The notes under the pieces are model-generated. The model was not told where the DNA came from, did no database searches, and saw only the letters and a program-made list of their open reading frames with translations. Shown here in pieces: positions 52,901 to 64,000 of a stretch of 64,000 bases of DNA (its first letter is position 1; each line of letters begins with the position of its first letter). The stretch comes from Antedon mediterranea (taxonomy: Eukaryota > Animalia > Echinodermata), in NCBI RefSeq assembly GCF_964355755.1, contig NC_092672.1, positions 8,246,001 to 8,310,000 on the forward strand, in the 5' to 3' direction. The position numbers and the translations under genes were made by a program.

Positions 52901-55900
52901 ATGAAGGCGTCTTTCTCAAGACATATTACATCAACTACAGATATTACAAGTGCGAGCAGTGAGTCAGTATGGGGTACAATTTTAAAAGAAATAAAATGGT
53001 TTAATACTCAAAACAACAGAAAGTACTTGAAAGTAATATGGCGATCAAACAGAGGCGGTGTACGCGAATACACGGAGCGAAATTGGGAAAATCCTGAAAC
53101 CAATAGTGCACTATATCAACTAGATGTCCAAGAAGAAGAACAGGAATATCAGCAAAATGGAGAAATAGAAGTCCAAACACCTTTGCAGACAGAATTTCGT
53201 CGAAGCAAAAGAAATAGGAAGGTTAAACGATTTTCTGAATGTTGGGAGACCGACACGTTTTGCATATGCCGGCGGGCTTGGAGAGGAGATGCAATTCGTC
53301 CAGCTATACAATGTGACCAGTGCTTGAAATGGTATCATTTCGATTGCATAAACATGCCAGAATATGCTACTGTAGATTTGCTGCATTGCAGATTCTATTG
53401 TGGATTTACAGGGTGCAGTAGCAGACAAAAGATGATCATAAGTGATGTAATTTCTACCTCAAAAAAATCAGAAAGTGACGTAGATGAACACTTAAGTAGA
53501 CCATCTCGCAACACCGATGTCGACAGGGATGAAGTCGAAAATGAATACATGACGTCATTCATGAATGTCCCATTAAAAAGTAAAGAAGAGAGCGATGCCG
53601 ATGAACACTTAAGTAGAGCATCTCGCTATACCGATGGCGACAGGGATAAGGTAGAAAATGAAAGCAAGACGTCATTCATGAATGTCCCATTAAAAAGTGA
53701 AGAAGAGAGCGACGCAGATGAACATTTAAGTACAGCATCTCGCAATACGGATGTCGACAGGGATGAGGTAGAAAATGAGGGAAAGACGTCATTCATGAAT
53801 GTCCCATTAAAAAGTGAAGAAGAGAGCGACGCAGATGAACATTTAAGTACAGCATCTCGAAATACGGATGTCGACAGGGATGAAGTCGAAAATGAAGGCA
53901 AGACGTCATTCATGAATTTCCCATTAAAAAGTAAAGAAGAGAGCGACGCAGATGAACACTTCAGTACAGCATCTCGCTATACCGATGTCGACAGGGATGA
54001 AATCGAAAATGAAGGCAAGACGTCATTCATGAATGTCCCATTAAAAAGTAAAGAAGAGAGCGACGCAGATGAACACTTAAGTAGAGCATCTCGCAATACG
54101 GATGTCGACAGGGATGAGGTAGAAAATGAAGGAAAGACGTCATTCATGAATTTCCCATTAAAAAGTGAAGAAGAGAGCGACGCAGATGAACATTTAAGTA
54201 TAGCATATCGATATACCGATGGCGACAGGGATGAAATCGAAAATGAAGGCAAGACGTCATTCATGAATGTCCCATTAAAAAGTGAAGAAGAGAGCGACGC
54301 AGATGAACACGTCAGTACAGCATCTCGCTATACCGATGTCGACAGGGATGAAATCGAAAATGAAGGCAAGACGTCATTCATGAATGTCCCATTAAAAAGT
54401 AAAGAAGAGAGTGACGCAGATGAGCACTTCAGTACAGCATCTCGCTATACCGATGTCGACAGGGATGAAATCGAAAATGAAGACAAGACGTCATTCATGA
54501 ATGTCCCATTAAAAAGTAAAGAAGAGAGCGACGCAGATGAACACTTCAGTACAGCATCTTGCAATACCGATGTCGACAGGGATGAAGTCGAAAATGAAGA
54601 CATGACGTCATTCATGAGGAATGTACCAATAGAAAAGGCTACTATAGGCAAATGTCTTGGCGAAGAAATCGGAGAACAAGTAATCAAAGAATTCCAAATT
54701 CCAAGAACTGCACATTTTAAGATAACAAAAGAAAAATGGAGCGAAATATGTAAACACCTAAGAGGAAAGTACTTTGAAAAGGGGCAATGGCACGAACAAT
54801 TTATTAAAGGTTTAAAAACATCCAACCCGTACTGCGTCCTTATGATAAGACGACATCGTGTAAGCATACGTAAACGAAGAGCAACTAGTAAACCACTTCT
54901 CACTGTAGATCTGTACTGCAAGTTTGACCACTGCCCCATCACTGCCAAACTGGAACTGGATACGAATTTTAAGGCAAATGTGAGGTACAGTCATGAAATA
55001 GTAATGCATCATTTAGGGGAGCAACATGCTAGACCTATCCGTGGTAGCGAAAGAGAAACATTAAAAGAAGCATTCAGACATGGCATAACTCCTTTAAACG
55101 AATACCTAAAAAGACTTGGTGAAAAAGACGCGACTCACGTAGTTTTGGCAGGCAATGCTGATGATCTTGGTACTAGTAAGCAAACACTTCGACAGGTATC
55201 TCATGAGGCAAATACTTCATGCATACTTCACAGTGACGAGCTTACAAGCCTACACCAAATGAAAAAAAAAATGGAGTCAGAGAGTCCAAACAAAAAAGTG
55301 AAAGGCTTTATACAGTTCATATCTTTATCCCCTACTGTTGTATTTTACTGGACCGAGGCCGGTATTCGCCTATGGCATGATTTGTCCCAGAAAGATGCGG
55401 CAGTAATAGATGCGACAGGCAATGTTGTCCGTTTGTCAGAAGAAAGAAAGAAGTTTTTGTACTATGAGGTATGCATGAGGAGCCCGATAGAAGGAGAATC
55501 TCCGATACCAATAATGGGTATGCTAAGTACAACTCATACAGCTACAATAATACGTTTCTGGATATCAGAATTCAGAAGATGCGAAAAGCTACTTTTTGGA
55601 TATCAGGGTGTTTCTATTCCTCGTCAAATAAATATGGACAGAGCCATGGCCTTTATAATGGCAATCCTATCGGAGTTTAATAACGAGACTGTTAAGGAAT
55701 TCCTGGATCGTTGTTGGCGGATTGTCACTGGAAATGCATTAGATAATGACATCGAGCGTAAAACTGTCCCTCACGCATGTACTTCACATGTAATGAAAGA
55801 TGTTAAGAAATCATGCAAGAAGCATTATGCGGGAAATATGGACTATGGATTATACTGCTTTAGCACAATTCTTAATGCTGACAAATTGGTAGAGGCTGAA

Positions 55901-58712
55901 CAAGCTCTGTTTGATATGGCTGTTGTGTTATATGGGAAAAAACTGACAGTGGAGGTAAAAGAGGCAAGTGAAAGGATATTTGACAGGATCAATTCTCTCT
56001 CGAAGCAAGTTTCTCAAGAGGTGAACAGAGATGTACGTGGGTCGGCTAATGTGACTGTGGAAGAAGATACAGTATCCGGAGTTAACAAGACAGAAGAAGA
56101 GTTTCTTCATTTTGCCACAGGTATTTGTTATTAATTGTAATATACATTCTTAATGTTCTACTGTGGATCCATTGTAAAAGATGGTAAACATCCGTTACAA
56201 TAACCGATAGTTTTATTTTGTTTTTATTGTGTTCGTTTTCATTACTTATATAATTATTATTATAAACACCATCCCTTGTACTAATTGTACGTTGCGACAT
56301 TCTTTGCCTTTAATGACATCTAACATCTTTAACAAATGATAAAAGGAAATTATATAAATCTTCCTAAAAATATTGTCTTGATGATGATTATTGCATGATT
56401 GCATGTTTTATTTTTATTTACGCAATAGCTATAAAAACAAAAACCTTTTTTTCTGTTGTTTAGGTACTTGCTTTGCAAGGTGGGCAAAGCAGACAATTAA
56501 AGGTGCAAGAGAAACTGTAACAGAGGGAGACGAAGCTATTGAAAACAATGCTCGATTTGGACCTAAATTTATGGAGGATATTCAAAAGCTGCTCCTACCA
56601 ACGCTTCCACTTTGGTCCTGTTTAATGCTTGGAAATCTACAGCGGCATGGAAGTTCAACCCCGTACAAAAAATACAAATTTGTGGAAAAAAGATACCCCA
56701 GTAAAACAACAAGTGTACAAGAAGGAAGATTCAATCAATTGAAAACATACATTCTTCAGAACAAATCCCACAGCCGTGTCGATGTGTTCTCGGAAAAATT
56801 GAAAGACACAACAAAGGCGCTGCAGACTTTAGCACTAAAAAACGCTTTGAAAAAGAGGACCAGAAAGGTTAGAGGAAAGAAGACAGTCCTCGTGGAAGAG
56901 AAATGGAATAAGATGCGCAAACAGCCCGACACATTAAGAGACAAAAAATACGGAAAATATCAACAGCGGCCAACAAAACCTTTCAAAGTTACGAAATCGG
57001 ACAAGAAAAGGGCAAGTGAAACGGTGATTGAGGGTAAGCAGAAGAAAAATAAACCCAATAAGGACAACACTTCTTACCTAATTCATGATGTGGATGTTGA
57101 AGTTGGACCAACAGGAACGAAAAAGAAAGAAGAATGTAGGCCTACATCACGTGTACATCATTCACTGAACCTTGAACCAAAATTCATTCCACTTCTAAAC
57201 TTGCACAACAACTGCTGGTTCAATGCCAACGTGCAAGCACTGGTATCGACAGCATCTTTAGACATTCTGTTGAAAGTACCTGACAGTACTTGGAAAAAAC
57301 CCCAAGAAATGAAATTGTTCGAGTTCCTTAAGATCTACAAGACCAACAAATCAATTAAATATAACAATCTTGAACCATTGTTGCGTGTACTTTCGGCTGA
57401 CGGACTTCAGTATGGACAACAAAATGATGCTCATGAATTTATTTCACGCCACATAGGCGTAATGATGTCCACTATTCGGCTTAACAAAATTGAAATTGAA
57501 GAAAATGTAACATGCAACAACTGTGATGACACCAAATCAAATGTTCAAACAATCACGGAGATCTTTGTTCCTGTACTTAACGATTATGATGCAGTCAACA
57601 TGCAAAACGAAGTTTTGAAACTGACAGATCCTACAGAACATGAAGCAATATGTGAAAATTGTGGATGTTTGGGCATGTTTTTAACATGCAAGAAAATGAA
57701 AACTGTTCCAAATGTGTTATTGATTGTAATGCAAAGAAACCAAAGCAGAGGGAAGATGCTGGCGGCTATAGAACCCACAAAAGAGTTATTAATTACACAC
57801 ACGGGTACTGACATTAAGTGTAGGTTCAAATTAAAGTCTGTTATCGTTCACAGAGGTGATACATGTAACACTGGTCACTATGTTACAATGGTACCGGATC
57901 ACTCCAGTGATATGATTAGTTGGGTACTCTGCGATGACCACATCATTGAAAACGCCCGACCACATGATATAGCTGCAGTTTACGACCAAAGCTACATAAT
58001 GTACTACGAGAAAGCAGAAGGAATTGATGAAACTGTCGGCTGTCAATCAGACCAAGAAAAGATGAATACTTCTAAAAGTAACACTGAAGTTATGGAAGCA
58101 ATCAAACGTAACTGTGAAAGTAAACCAAATGAAATAATGCAGAAAATAAACAGAATTGAAATTAGATATGCTGACGTTACAACCCTACTTATCAACAACT
58201 GGCTAAACGACGTCATAGTCAATACATATCTCTGGCTTGTACATACAAATTCAAAACAGCCTGGAAGTATAAACAAGGTGTATCCCTTTCCTACACAATG
58301 GCACCAAAAAGTCACAGGGAGAGGAGAGACATCACTAAGTTCATGGACGAGAAACACGAATCTGCAAAATTTCGACTGGCTGTTATTTCCAATTAGCCAG
58401 AGTGCACATTGGTTTCTCATCGGAATTAACCTCAGGCATCGTACAGTATCGACATTCGATTCATTACAAGGGGTACGAACACGTGAAATGAACTTAGCTC
58501 TGAAAGTAGTAAATGAGGTTATGGAAAAAAGGAGTCCGTTTACAATAAAGGTTATATCTACACCACGACAGCACAACATGGACGACTGTGGGGTGTATTT
58601 GTGCTATTTTGCAAACTACTTAAGCACGGTAGAGGAAGTCGTAGAAATACCAGATATTGATGCGGAAGAATACAGATACAATATGATTCTTGAACTGTAT
58701 AAAGGCTGTTAA
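52901..58712 (+). CDS. Spliced ~1,822-aa NOF/Mutator-like transposase fusion: PHD finger + 10x39-aa acidic repeats + Zn-finger DNA-binding domain + DDE core + USP (C19) + Ulp1/SENP (C48); exons 52901-56120 and 56464-58712
   Basis: A phase-1 intron at 56121-56463 (ACAG|GTATTT...TTTAG|GT) joins the 1077-aa and 773-aa ORFs in frame. PHD: CICRR..IQCDQCLKWYHFDC..FYC..C. Transposase: VIDATG, INMDRAMA, HACTSH (CxxH), TTSVQEGRFNQLK. USP: LLNLHNNCWFNANVQAL, QQNDAHEF, VIVHRGDTCNTGHYV, WVLCDD. Ulp1: WLNDVIVN, AHWFLI, FDSL, QHNMDDCGVY. The frame is open upstream to an acceptor at 52819, so further 5' exons are possible. Confidence 0.88.
53465..54630 (+). repeat. 117-bp coding tandem repeat x10 (SxEESDADEHxSxASRxTDVDRDExENEGKTSFMNVPLK)
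   Basis: Directly visible in DNA and protein; all copies are in frame. Confidence 0.95.
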
Positions 58713-59629
58713 CAATGCCGTACCATCCCTTATAAGTAAGGTTGACAAAGTTTCACTTGATATTCTTGTTGTTTGGAAGAGAATTCAGATGTTCTTTAAT
58801 ATATTTTTATATAAAAGTGATGTGTTAGATGTGACAAATGTAAGCGTATTTCTTAACATACATTTTTCGTTATGCAAACATTCTAATTTTAATTACAAAG
58901 TGGTACATATTTAGTTGCAAAATCAAAGAACAATTACTTAATTTTAATCACTTAATGCACATTTACCAAAAATACAAGGCAACCATAATTATTATTTACA
59001 AAATGATTTTATAAAGTGTATTTTTGCGATACATTATTATTTTTTTTTTCTTTTAATTCATTACTCTCTTATTTTTGAGAGAGTATTATCGTGTTTCTTC
59101 TTATTTGTTTAATAGTTACGTTACCTTTATCTCTTAATTTTGTATTATGTACCGTATGTGATATACTTTTCAAAGTGAAACTAGTTTGTGTACACATTTT
59201 TACTCCCGTGTGTTGCATAATACATACAATAACTTAAAGTAGGCCTATTGTATGTGACATGATTTTCCCTTAGTATTAAGTGATAATGAATATAGGGTTT
59301 ACCTTCTGTTAACTGAAGGTACATGATTTTCGGAAATTATGTAGGCCTAAACTGCTGGTACTAAAAACGATTTTTTTTTCAATATGTTACTTCAATAAAG
59401 ACATTTACAAAACTTGAAGTAAATAAATGTGTTCAATCTCTTATTTTGTCTCTATCCATCTTAGACCAGTAGTTGGAGTCTATTTATACGGAACGACTAG
59501 GTAGTGGACGATAAATGATACATTTTGTTCTACCACTGAAATCGGAGGTTTTCTCACAAATAAAAACGCTCTAACCTATACTGAACGACTAAGTAAACAC
59601 GCATAGTATAGTATAATCCCACCAAGTGA

Positions 59630-62600
59630 GTAAACGGGACCAGTGGTCGCACTCTAACTTATACTGGACGACTAAGGAGGTACCCTAGTATAATCCCACC
59701 AAGTGACTCTCAGGAACAATCCGCCATTTTCTCACAAATACAGTATCAAATTTCACTATATTTTAAAAATCGTAAATGAGTTACACTCAAATTTTAAAGA
59801 TGAGGGCTGAGTAAACGGGACCAGTGGTCCCACTCTAACTTATACTGGACAACTAAGGAGGTACCCTTGTATAATCCCACCAAGTGACTCCCAGGAACAA
59901 TCCGCCATTTTCTTACAAATACAGTATCAAATTTCACTATATTTTTTAAATCGTAAATGAGTTACACTCAAATTTAAAAGATGAGGGCTGAGTAAACGGT
60001 ACCAGTGGTCTCACTCTAACTTATACTGTACGACTAAGGAGGTACCCTAGTATAATCCCACCAAGTGACTCTCAGGAACAATCCGCCGTTTTCTCACAAA
60101 TACAGTTTCAAATTTCACTATATTTTAAAAATCGTAAATGAGTTACACTCAAATTTTAAAGATGAGGGCTGAGTAAACGGAACCAGTGGTCCCACTCTAA
60201 CTTATACTGGACGACTAAGGGGGTACCCTAGTATAATCCCACCAAGTGACTGCCAGGAACAATCTGCCATTTTCTCACAAATACAGTATCAAATTTCACT
60301 ATATTTTAAAATATTAATCGTAATTGAGTTACACTCAAATTTTAAAGATAAGGGCTGAGTAAACGGGACCAGTAGTCCCACTCTAACTTAAACTGGACAA
60401 CTAAGGAGGTACCCTAGTATAATCCCACCAAGTGATTCCCGGGAACAATCCGCCATTTTCTCACAAATACAGTATCAAATTTCACTATATTTTAAAATAT
60501 TAATCGTAATTGAGTTACACTCAAACGTTAAAGATGAGGGCTGAGTAAACGGGACCAGTGGTCTCACTCTAACTTCTACTGGACAACTAAAGAGGTACCC
60601 TAGTATAATCCCACCAAGTGACTCCCAGGAACAATCCGCCATTTTCTCACAAATACAGTATCAATTTTCACTATATTTTAAATTTTTTTATCGTAATTGA
60701 GTTACACTCAAATTTAAAAGATGAGGGCTGAGTAAACGGAACCAGTGGTCGCACTCTAACTTATACTGGACGACTAAGGACGTACCTTAGTATAATCCCA
60801 CCATGTGACTCCCAGGAACAATCCGCCGTTTTCTCACAAATACAGTATCTAATTTCACTATATTTTTAAAATCGTAAATGAGTTACACTCAAATTTAAAA
60901 GATGAGGGCTGAGTAAACGGGACCAGTGGTCTCACTCTAACTTATACTGGACGACTAAGGAGGTACCCTAGTATAATCCCACCAAGTGACTCCCAGGAAC
61001 AATCCGCCATTTTCTCACAAATACAGTATCAAATTTTACTATATTTTTTAAATCGTAATTGAGTTACACTCAAATTTAAAAGATGAGGGCTGAGTAAACG
61101 GGACAAGTGGTCCCACTCTAACTTATACTGGACGACTAAGGGGGTACCCTAGTATAATCCCACCAAGTGACTCCCAGGAACAATCCGCCATTTTCTCACA
61201 AATACAGTATCAAATTTCACTATATTTTAAAATATTAACCGTAATTGAGTTACACTCAAATTTAAAAGATGAGGCCTGAGTAAACGGAACCAGTGGTCGC
61301 ACTCTAACTTATACTGGACGACTAAGGACGTACCTTAGTATAATCCCACCATGTAACTCCCAGGAACAATCCGCCGTTTTCTCACAAATACAGTATCTAA
61401 TTTCACTATATTTTTAAAATCGTAAATGAGTTACACTCAAATTTTAAAGATGAGGGCTGAGTAAACGGGACCAGTGGTCCCACTCTAACTTATACTGGAC
61501 GACTTAGGGTGTACCCTAGTATAATCCCACCAAGTGACTCTCAGGAACAATCCGCCGTTTTCTCACAAATACAGTTTCAAATTTCACTATATTTTAAAAA
61601 TCGTAAATGAGTTACACTCAAATGTTAAAGATGAGGGCTGAGTAAACGGGACCAGTGGTCCCATTCTAACTTATACTGGACGACTAAGGGGGTACCCTAG
61701 TATAATCCCACCAAGTGACTCCCAGAAACAATCCGCCATTTTCTCACAAATACAGTATCAAATTTCACTATATTTTAAAATATTAATCGTAATTGAGTTA
61801 CACTTAAATTTTAAAGATGAGGGCTGAGTAAACGGGACCAGTGGTCCCACTCTAACTTATACTGGACGACTAAGGGGGTACCCTAGTATAATCCTACCAA
61901 GTGACTCCCAGGAACAATCCGCCATTTTCTCACAAATACAGTATCAAATTTCACTATATTTTAAAATATTAATCGTAATTGAGTTACACTCAAACGTTAA
62001 AGATGAGGGCTGAGTAAACGGGACCAGTGGTCCCACTCTAACTTATACTGGACAACTAAGGAGGTACCTTAGTATAATCCCACCAAGTGACTCCCAGGAA
62101 CAATCCGCCATTTTCTCACAAATACAGTATCAATTTTCACTATATTTTAAAAATGTTATCGTAATTGAGTTACACTAAAATTTAAAAGATGAGGGCTTAG
62201 TAAACGGGACCAGTGGTCCCACTCTAACTTATACTGGATGATTAAAAAGTTTCCCTAGTATAATCCCACCAAGTGACTCTCAGGAACAATCCGCCCTTTT
62301 CTCACAAATACAGTATCAAATTTCACTATATTTTAAAAATCGTAAATGAGATACACTCAAATTTTAAAGATGAGGGCTGAGTAAACGGGACCAGTGGTCC
62401 CATTCTAACTTATACTGGACGACTAAGGGGGTACCCTAGTATAATCCCACCAAGTGACTCCCAGGAACAATCCGCCATTTTCTCACAAATACAGTATCAA
62501 ATTTCACTATATTTTAAATTATTAATCGTAATTGAGTTACACTCAAATTTTAAAGATGAGGGCTGAGTAAACGGGGCAAGTGGTCCCACTCTAACTTATA

Positions 62601-64000
62601 CTGGACGACTAAGGAGGCACCCTAGTATAATCCCACCAAGTGACTCTCAGGAACAATCCGCCGTTTTCTCACAAATACAGTATCAAATTTCACTATATTT
62701 TAAAAATCGTAAATGAGTTACACTGAAATTTGAAAGATGATGGCTGAGTAAACGGGACCAGTGGACCCACTCTAACTTATACTGGACGACTAAGGGGGTA
62801 CCCTAGTATAATCCCACCAAGTGACTCTCATGAACAATCCGCCGTTTTCTCACAAATACAGTATCAAATTTCACTATATTTTAAAAATCGTAAATGAGTT
62901 ACACTCAAATCTTAAAGATGAGGGCTGAGTAAACGGGACCAGTGGTCCCACTCTAACTTATACTGGACAACTAAGGAGGTACCCTTGTATAATCCCACCA
63001 AGTGACTCCCAGGAACAATCCGCCATTTTCTCACAAATACAGTATCAAATTTCACTATATTTTTAAAATCGTAAATGAGTTACACTCAAATTTTAAAGAT
63101 GAGGGCTGAGTAAACGGTACCAGTGGTCCCACTCTAACTTCTACTGTACGACTAAAGAGGTACCCTAGTATAATCCCACCAAGTGACTCTCAGGAACAAT
63201 CCGCCGTTTTCTTACAATAACAGTATCAAATTTCACTATATTTTAAAAATCGTAAATGAGTTACACTCAAATTTAAAAGATGAGGGCTGAGTAAACGGGA
63301 CCAGTGGTCCCACTCTAACTTATACTGGACGACTAAGGAGGTACCCTAGTATAATCCCACCAAGTGACTCCCAGGAACAATCCGCCATTTTTTCACAAAT
63401 ACAGTATCCAATTTCACTATACTTTAAAAATCGTAAATGAGTTACACTCAAATTTTAAAGATGAGGGCTGAGTAAACGGAACCAGTGGTCCCACTCTAAC
63501 TTATACTGGACGACTAAGGGGGTACCCTAGTATAATCCCACCAAGTGACTGCCAGGAACAATCCGCCATTTTCTCACAAATACAGTATCAAATTTCACTA
63601 TATTTTAAAATATTAATCGTAATTGAGTTACACTCAAATTTTAAAGATAAGGGCTGAGTAAACGGGACCAGTGGTCCCACTCTAACTTAAACTGGACAAC
63701 TAAGGAGGTACCCTAGTATAATCCCACCAAGTGACTCCCGGGAACAATCCGCCATTTTCTCACAAATACAGTATCAAATTTCACTATATTTTAAAATATT
63801 AATCGTAATTGAGTTACACTCAAACGTTAAAGATGAGGGCTGAGTAAACGGGACCAGTGGTCCCACTCTAAATTTACCTGGACGACTAAGGGGGTACCCT
63901 AGTATAATCCCACCAAGTGACTCCCAGGAACAATCCGCCATTTTCTCACAAATACAGTATCAATTTTCACTATATTTTAAATTTTTTTATCGTAATTGAG
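59630..64000 (-). repeat. Same satellite in reverse orientation, >=24 copies (right arm, truncated by the window)
   Basis: Reverse complement of the left-arm monomer (GAGTAAACGGGACCAGTGGTCCCACTCTAAC...AATCCGCCATTTTCTCACAAAT). Degenerate partial units lie at 59480-59630. Confidence 0.98.

Larger units (their letters stand above)
33869..64000 (+). mobile_element. Giant Foldback / MULE-NOF-type DNA transposon with satellite-built inverted arms; right end lies outside the window
   Basis: Mirror-image arrays of the same ~183 bp unit (34005-43860 and 59630-64000) flank a Mutator/NOF-like transposase gene. The left boundary is approximate and is placed at short AGCCAACAATAA repeats at 33869-33935. 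Confidence 0.75.

Noticed and set aside
53120-58579. Antisense ORFs over the transposase gene; likewise 23503-24289 over SH3BP5L and 6373-6702 and 32228-32485 over the cyclins
   Set aside because: These are shadow frames of real coding or repeat sequence with no recognisable motifs.
52901-58712. Host USP/SENP gene, Zisupton, or Polinton/viral gene
   Set aside because: The proteases are fused to a DDE/CxxH Mutator-type core within inverted arms. I recognised no SWIM/SAP/F-box layout of Zisupton, and no polB, capsid or integrase genes.

Overview
AT-rich animal (eukaryotic) genomic DNA, probably an invertebrate deuterostome such as an echinoderm; this is inferred from GT-AG spliced genes and Deu-domain SINEs. 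The left half (1-33.7 kb) holds four kinds of gene: a frameshifted SLC7/CAT cationic amino-acid transporter, an 11-coding-exon melted/VEPH1 gene (+), a 7-exon SH3BP5/SH3BP5L (parcas-like) gene (-), and two inverted copies of an intronless divergent cyclin module that bracket those two genes, one intact and one decayed. Many MITEs, SINEs and LINE scraps are scattered through it. The right half (~33.9 kb to the window end) looks like one giant Foldback/MULE-NOF-type DNA transposon. A ~10 kb array of ~181-186 bp satellite and its mirror-image array (from 59.6 kb, running off the window) flank a spliced ~1,820-aa ORF. That ORF fuses a PHD finger, ten acidic 39-aa repeats, a Mutator/NOF DDE transposase, an intact USP (C19) deubiquitinase and an intact Ulp1/SENP (C48) protease. 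Smaller foldback elements are nested inside it.
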